Source: Cyanophora paradoxa CCMP329 (lineage: Eukaryota > Plantae > Glaucophyta). From it: a stretch of DNA of 64,000 bases. This document shows, piece by piece, positions 56,953 to 64,000 of the stretch. A program made the translations under genes and the position numbers. The stretch lies in the NCBI GenBank assembly GCA_004431415.1, contig QPMI01000068.1:62001-126000 (forward strand), in the 5' to 3' direction. Position 1 is the stretch's first letter. The number at the start of each line of letters is the position of its first letter. The notes beneath the pieces were generated by a model. That model was not told the origin of the DNA, did not search any database, and saw only the letters and a program-made list of their open reading frames with translations.

Positions 56953-59900
56953 ATGCCTCGTCCTTCAAATCTAAGATTGAAGAAGCGCAAGACAAAGTTC
57001 CTTGGTAGTTTATCCTATGGATATGCCAATGACCTGCTCACAGAAGAGCAGTTCAACTATTTCCTTCATGAGATAGCCTTCAAGAGACCGAGAGAGCAGA
57101 AGTTATTGGATCTTGAAGAAACTCTTGAGGGAATTCTCAGACCGAATGAAAGGGTGCAGAGATTTAATGATGAATTCGATAGGTTGGGCAACATTGATGC
57201 TGAGAGGCCCCAAGGGAGAACCAGAGAGGAGAGGAAGCAAGCCAAAAGAGCGGAGCGCTTTGATCGCAAGCAGAATAAGAAGGCTAAACGTTCCGCTCGT
57301 TCCCAGAAGAATGTGGAAAAGCAGCAAAGTAAGCAGTTCAAAGCGCTGGTAAGGAGAATCATAAGGGATATTGAGGCCCAGGATGGCGATACAGTCTCGC
57401 TTCGTGTGAGGTTTTACCGAATTCCTGAAGACTTCAATAACCTCCCAAACAACTACGATGTTGTTATCCACGAAGACACACCTTACATTGAAACACAAAA
57501 ATCCGGAAAACGCGCATTGATGCTTTCCTGCCCCAAGCAAGTGCTGGTGAGATTGCTTGAACAGGTGCAAGAGGACTTTAATAACTTCCTTGCATTGTGG
57601 ACTCTGAACGAGATTGCTTCCTTCCTGATTTCTATTGGGCAAAGCAACCCTCGCAATCGAGACTATCAATTCGTTAAGGTTTTCACGAATGATGCGCCCA
57701 ATGGATCAGACATCAAGTATCCAGAGGTGATGACAATCGAGGAGATTATTGTCAGCGATAACAAAACAGTATACCCTTTGAATGAACGAGTTCTGCGAGA
57801 TGGGCAGGCTCCAAAAATCGTTTCTCGTTTCGTGAAATACACCCTCAATGGTCAGGCTAAGTGTGTGATGGACCAAATATGTCCCGATGATTCACTTACC
57901 ATCAAAGATTGTTTAATCGAAGCATTACATCAGGTTCTATGCAAAGGGTTTGAGTATGCCCGCAGCATCAAGAAGTATAAGAAGGTCAACTACTCCGAAG
58001 ACTGGCTCTTTGCTCAGATCAAGGGATATGAACCTAAGCCTGATTCCGATTGGGGAGTGAGTTTTGATGAGCTTCTTCCTTTCTTGAAAAAGTGGCGCAT
58101 CAGGTTCATTGCAATTGGAAAGGATGACAAGGTTATTCATACTCTTTCCTTCAAACCGAATCGAACCAACTCTCACTTAGTTCCCGCAAGTGTTTATGTG
58201 CAGATTGCAAACGACCACGTTTATGTATTAAATAAGGATCTCAGTAAACTGGTTCGTTCTTTCAATGGAACTGGCGCCCGTGAAACCAAGAAGAGTATGG
58301 GTTCAGCAGCCATGAAATACAAGATCAAAACACAGTTCAACGATAACAGCTTCTTTGCTTACAGCGAGGAGGATATCATCAAGATCATTGCCAGAGAGAA
58401 AGATAGTAGTTCTGAAAAAATTAAGATCACATACAACAAGCCACTACTTGAGTTGTTGGGAAGCTTCCGAAAGGCTAATCACGAGGTTCACACTTCCATT
58501 ACTGATGAGGGAACAATAACCTACATTCACTACACAATAGAGGATAAAGATGTAATTATCCTTCCACCAGGCAACATGGTGGATATGGAAAATATTGATG
58601 TGAACCTTGCAGATGATGCGCATCGCAAGTTGTTTGATGAGATGAGTCAGATGATGTATAGGGCGCTTATCAACAAACCCTACAAGAGCAAATATAATCC
58701 AGAAACATATGCAGCATTTACTAAAGGGCAACAGAGTGCATTGACTGGGTTCTTTGGATCTGCCTCTGAGGTCCGAACAATGGTAGAGAACATTGCCTAT
58801 GGATCCATTGATACTCACAAGCTCGACATTTCCAAAGCATACACACACATCGTTTCGAAAGTGCTTAAGGTGTTTCCAGTTTTCAGTTCATTTGATAGAT
58901 TCGAAAAAGTCAAAGTGTCTTGCAGCTCGGACATCGAAGACAATTCGTTCTATTCCGTGAAAGTGAAAGCCAAACACTTCAAAGCATTCAGAAATTATGG
59001 TGAGGCGAATACCTTGAATCAATACAAGAGGATTCTCGTCGATTCAAAGTATAACCTGATGTATGGTGAGGTTTTGAAAGAGTTTTACGAGGATATTAAG
59101 GATGACATCAGCATTGAGGCAGTTCTAAGACCTTATCGGATTGCCGAGAATGTCACCTTGCAGGCTTTCAAGCAGTTGTATGCAAGTCAGCTTTCGACCA
59201 AGGAGAAGAAAGACATTGCCAACCATCACATTGGTCTATTTGGTAAGAAGTCCCAGCGAAAAGCAACCACCTACACCTTTTTCAATAAAAATGATGCTCT
59301 GAATTTCATTGAAGAGAATGGAGGGACCCTGAAGTTTATAAGTTTCGATCAAGAGAAGCCAACACACACATCAGTTAAGAATGAGAAGGACATTAAATCG
59401 CCCATGATTTGGTATGTGAACCAGGAAGAACAAGAACGGGCTTTCATTGATGGTTTCCTGCCAATGCAGTGCGTGATTTACTCCACCATGCGAGGCATCA
59501 TGTATCGCCTATGCAAGAAATTGCTCTCTGAGGGAGTGGGAGTCCTTGCAATCAAGACCGATGAGCTGACAATCGATAGACCATATCCATTCGAGCAGTT
59601 TGACCGAAACCTATTCGAGAACACTGGAAAGTTTGATGTGAAGCCAGCAAACATGAACTCGATAACCCACAGTAAGAGGACTTCCAAAAAACCAAAGAGC
59701 CACATGATCACATTTGATCGACTCAAAACTCGTTCCAAACCTTTCATCAATGTTGAAAAGATTGTTCACAAGGTTCACAAGTTCCAGGATGAGTATGACC
59801 TCCCAGCAATCGTAAATGCTTTGGATGGGCAAGGTAATGTGCTGATTAAAGGAGTGAAACCGGGAACTGGTAAGACTACTTTGGCAAAGGCAATGGCCAA

Positions 59901-61145
59901 GAAGTATGGTAAGAAATGCTTGTTCGTTGCGCCTACTAATAAGAGATGCAAGGATTTGCGAATGGAACTAAAAGCAGAGTGGGGCAGGATGCTCCTGAGG
60001 TGATGACTATTTATCGAGCCTTGAATTTGAATGTTGATGATGAGAGAATGAAGGGAAATGTTGGGAAGAAGGTTTCGGAATTATCTAAGTACGATTGCTT
60101 TGTTATTGATGAGATCTACCAGTTTGAGATTAGGGAATTGGAATCTCTGTGCGATGTGATGACTGTGCAGTTCCCAGACAAACTCTACATCGCAACAGGC
60201 GACCCCTACCAGAACCCACCCATCCAATTCATAACAGTCAATCAACGAGATTACTACAACAAGATCTTCGATAGACTATTCAAGAATGAGGTTTACCTGC
60301 AGGTTGGAAAGCGTCATAAACTGGCTGCAGATCAGAAGAAATTAGACCAGTTATGGGAGGACTTATTCAGGACTGAACTACCAGTTTCTATTGCTGCCAG
60401 ACGATTGGGCTTGAAAGTAGTTGATACATTGGAGAAGGGTGATATCTCAGTATGCAATTCAAACCGCAAGTGTGCAGAGGTGAACAACAAAATGCATAAA
60501 ATGATTCATGGAGAGGATCCTGTATATAAGACAGGTGTGGAGCTGATTGCAAAGGTGCGAATGACAACAAGTGAGGGCATCATTCAGCGGGGCTTTGTTT
60601 ACGAAGTGGTCGAATACAAAGCCAAGGAAATTCTCACTCTCAAAGACATTGATTCGGGTGAAGTGCATACTCTAAAAAGCGAAGATATCAAGTATTTCGC
60701 ATTGACCCATGCTTTCACCTGTCACATCATTCAGGGTGACACAATCAGGGATTCTCGTGTTGTAATTCACGAGACTGGGTCCCCATATGTTACTGCTGAG
60801 TGGTTCTATGTTGCAGCCACTCGAACCCAGAAACTCTCGGATACCGTGATTTTCGTTGATAAATCCGAGGCGGCTACAATGGTGAAAACGAAGGAGGATC
60901 AAGCTCAGAAAATCGATTCCTACAAATCCCAGGACAAACAAGCCAATCGGGAGTTCTCCTTGGCAGAGTATGTTGATTGGGACTGGTTCAAAAAGCAGTA
61001 TGGGAAGCAATTGGGGCGATGCAGAAGGTGCTTTGATATTATGGATTTCGAAGAAGCTACTGTCGATCGGGAGAACAATGCTATCGCTCACATTTCTCGA
61101 AACTGTTTCTTGTCACATTGTAGGTGTAACTGTTCAGCCCAGTAA
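56953..61145 (+). CDS. Divergent PolB - SF1 helicase - HNH-like fusion (frameshift at G-run ~59981-59985)
   Basis: PolB-like DISKAY, KDIANHHIGLFGK, IKTDE. Helicase GVKPGTGKT, VAPTN, VIDE, TGDPYQ, AFTCHIIQGDT, YVAATR. C-terminal C..C...VDR..N...H...N...CN. Confidence 0.85.
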
Positions 61146-62203
61146 TGGAGAATATTCTATCATACAAAAAATACAAACAGAAGCTCATTAGTGAAGGGAA
61201 GGAATTTGATGAGGCGGAACTGAGAAACAAGTATAAGAATTCCGAACTGCATCAAATTTTCAAGAAGCCTAGGAAAAAGACTACGTTTTTAAGAATAGTT
61301 GCCCAGCCATACTCATTTCAGGTTGATGTCATGTTTTTCAGAAAGTTTAAGACAGCAAATTATGGATATATTAAAGCGCTTAGTTTCATTGACATTCTAA
61401 GTAGAAAGGCATTTGTGTATGCTTTCAAGACCAGCGAAGAGATTCCGGGAATACTTAATAAATTCAAGGGCGAAGCAGGTAAGGTTGTAGGATTGGCAGG
61501 GGATAATGAGTTTTCCAGTGCGGTTTATCGAACTTGGTGCAGTGAAAATGGTGTCGAATTGTATACAGATGTTGCGAAAGAAGATCACATTTCTGCTGGG
61601 AATAAACTTGGGATAATCGATCGATTCACTCGAACCTTCAAACAATACATGAACAAACTCATGGTCTCGAGGAATACTTCGAAGTGGGTCGAATTAATCC
61701 CAGATGTGCTAAAGGCTTACAATAACTCGCCTCATTCATCACTGAACAATGATTCCCCAAACCAAGTGTTTGCAAGTCCACAGAAGCAAATGTTTATTTT
61801 CCTAAAAACCACCAAGCATAACATGGATGTTAAAGAGAATCAACCCGATAAAATCAAACCAGGAGATACTGTAAGAGTTTTAGAGGAGAGAGGTGCATTC
61901 TCAAAGGAAGGCCCCAGGTTTAGTCAGAAGATTTACAAAGTAGCTGGGAAAGATGCTAATCGATTCAAGGTGCTTGAAGATAATGGAGATGATGCAGAGG
62001 AATTAAAGAGACGTTTTAAGCAACAAGAGTTACAGAAAGTGAAACGAGATGAGATAATGAAAATTCCACAGCAAATGAGGATTCAAGCTGTAAAGAAAAC
62101 AAACACAGTGAATCGAAAAGTTGCAAAAGAGGGAATCAAACCAAATCGCAGCAAAGTTGTTAGAAAAAGGTATCAATTAAGAAGCGGATTAACTAAAAGG
62201 TAG
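61145..62203 (+). CDS. rve-type integrase (D-D-D triad)
   Basis: FQVDVM, IDILSRKA, GDNEF, IIDRFTRTFK, YNNSPHSSL, FSKE...FSQKIY. Confidence 0.9.
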   Translation: MENILSYKKYKQKLISEGKEFDEAELRNKYKNSELHQIFKKPRKKTTFLRIVAQPYSFQVDVMFFRKFKTANYGYIKALSFIDILSRKAFVYAFKTSEEIPGILNKFKGEAGKVVGLAGDNEFSSAVYRTWCSENGVELYTDVAKEDHISAGNKLGIIDRFTRTFKQYMNKLMVSRNTSKWVELIPDVLKAYNNSPHSSLNNDSPNQVFASPQKQMFIFLKTTKHNMDVKENQPDKIKPGDTVRVLEERGAFSKEGPRFSQKIYKVAGKDANRFKVLEDNGDDAEELKRRFKQQELQKVKRDEIMKIPQQMRIQAVKKTNTVNRKVAKEGIKPNRSKVVRKRYQLRSGLTKR

Positions 62204-62394
62204 TTGGGTGTAATGCATATAACTTCGATTGATTAGATTTTAGATATAACTTCGATTAAATAAAATAGATTGTGACTGAGGCTTACTGAGATTTACTGAG
62301 ATTGGGGATTGGGTTACTGGGAATCATGCGGATATTGCTTGAAGGGGCAAATTATATTGGGGTAATTTTTGGGTGTAATGCTCACAGCTCAGCT
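62204..62394 (-). repeat. Right TIR of S2
   Basis: Reverse complement of 50930-51120; begins right after the integrase stop codon. Confidence 0.95.
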
Positions 62395-62968
62395 CAACTT
62401 TCATTAGCCGCGCCAGCAAATCACGTATTACAACATGCCGTTATCGATAATGTCGATGGTTTAGAATCTACCGAACTTGCACCTACTCTTAATACTTTTG
62501 GTGATACGCATAAATTGCGACTCAAAGAGTTAAGATGTGACAAAAATAACGGAGTTGTGAAAACTACGAAACTTCTTGTTACAAATGCAAACTTTAACGC
62601 TTTTTATGGAGATCCCGATAGTTACAATGATGATAACAAGGTAACAAACTTTGCTTATGAATCGAGAAACGGAGCGATTAAATGTAGATCGGGTGGCGCT
62701 TACATTGGGGACGGACTAAGAGTTGGTGGTATCATTGGAGCGCCTCTTTTGGTTAATGATCAACCAAACCCCGATGATGAGAACACACGAATTAGGACGT
62801 ATTGCCCAGGTATGAATGAGCCTTACCTAATAAAGATTTATACAATCATTATTAGTTTACAAACAGCGGTAGCCGATGTATTAGAACCCTTAGGAAATCA
62901 TTATAGATATAGAGACACGATACCAGAGGACATTTACGCATTATGTAGAAGAACCGACGGAGCCGTAA

Positions 62969-64000
62969 GGAGCTGTTTCGCATGTCGCAGACGGCCCCGG
63001 ACGGACCTCGACGGGCCGAAAACGGCGCGACCTTTTGGACATCCCGCTAGTTCGCGAGCTTTAACAATGGATGGAATTTGAATTTTGAACACGGCCGTGT
63101 CACGGCGGCTATCAGCCGGCTGAGTTCGAGTTCGAGCTGGCTAGACCAAATTCTATATCCCCCCAAGCCATCTCCCCCCCCTTCCAAGCCACGGCCAGCT
63201 GCAGCTAGATTGCGGCCAGCCACGGACTTGCGCGGGAAAAGCAAAAGCGCTTATAGCTTAGCGTTCGGCGATCGAGATGCCGCTCTCTGTGCTGTCTGCC
63301 AAGGTCGGCTCAGCGTTCGGTTCCATTAGAGCGTGGCTGGGCGGCGCCAGCGATGGCAGGCCGCGGCACGGCCAGATTGGCGGCAGCACCTGCGGCAGCC
63401 AGGACGACCTCGGCGAGGACGTGAATCCAGACGACTTTGGCGACGCAGCTTTGAGCGAGCAAGTCGTTCAGCCTGCGCATGCAGCGCCAGCTGCGCATGC
63501 GACGGCCGCGGTCGCGCTGGCGCCTCCCGCGGCGGAGCCGGCGGGCGGGAGCGACTCCCACAAGTCTCGCCAGTACGCTCAGAGCTCGAGCAGAGCCCGG
63601 CAGCGGCTGCTGTGAGACGCCAGGGACGCCTTTGGGGGGGGGTACGCCTGTACAGCCGTGTACGCCGCCTGTCGCAGCTGCCTCATCAGCGACCCCCGTG
63701 TACACGCCTGATCGCCCGCGTCGCAAGCGGGTAGTAGCTGCGCCCTCGCAATCGCAGCCTTCGCATGATCAGCCGGCCACGCCTCCACGCACGCAGCCGC
63801 CGGCGGCAGCGGCCTCGCCAGCGACCCCCGTGGACATGCCTAAGCGCGTGAGTCGCAAGCGGGCAGCGGCGGCGACCTCCCAGCCTTCGCCCGCGGCGGC
63901 ACCGAGCGAGCAATATGAGGATCCCTTCGTTGCCATGGAGCGGTATATGGACGATCCCTCTGTCGCGCCGTCGCCTGCCAGCTCAGCCGCGAAGAAGCCA
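62969..64000. other. GC-rich non-viral sequence (host DNA or another transposon)
   Basis: Abrupt GC rise within a viral ORF after ...GCCGTAA; the other end is not in the window. Confidence 0.55.

Larger units (their letters stand above)
50930..62394. mobile_element. Complete S-family Polinton-like virus (S2), 11,465 bp
   Basis: 191-bp TIRs at 50930-51120 and 62204-62394; 5'-AGCT...AGCT-3' termini; 6-bp TSD CAACTT at 50924-50929 and 62395-62400. Confidence 0.95.
50885..62968 (+). pseudogene. Fourth paralogue, split by S2 (50885-50929 + 62401-~62968) and truncated by GC-rich DNA
   Basis: MAAPAPPERILTAQL|SLAAPANHVLQH...LKELRCDKNNGVVKTT rejoins in frame across the TSD. Confidence 0.8.

Overview
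Eukaryotic (protist/algal-type) genomic window made almost entirely of nested endogenous Polinton-like viruses (PLVs). Two virus families are present. The small 'S' family has one complete 11,465-bp copy at 50930-62394 (191-bp TIRs, 6-bp TSD CAACTT; double-jelly-roll MCP, penton, A32-like ATPase, PolB-derived/SF1-helicase fusion, rve integrase) and a partial second copy at 1-4454. Both S copies sit inside genes of a larger 'L' family, present as three rearranged segments. L encodes a different MCP, two pentons, an ATPase, a patatin-discoidin lipase, phage-like fibres, C1q-headed proteins and an AEP-D5 primase-helicase; a pPolB and an rve integrase lie next to it. Two GC-rich retroposon-like insertions (21-bp and 16-bp TSDs, shared TTTTGCAAAA(A) 3' end) interrupt L genes. 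Two intact GC-rich genes with nine phase-0 spliceosomal introns lie between the integrase and an origin-like repeat plus a 28-bp hairpin. Several replication/regulatory genes carry the giant-virus early promoter AAAATTGA. All protein assignments come from motif recognition by eye, not database searches.
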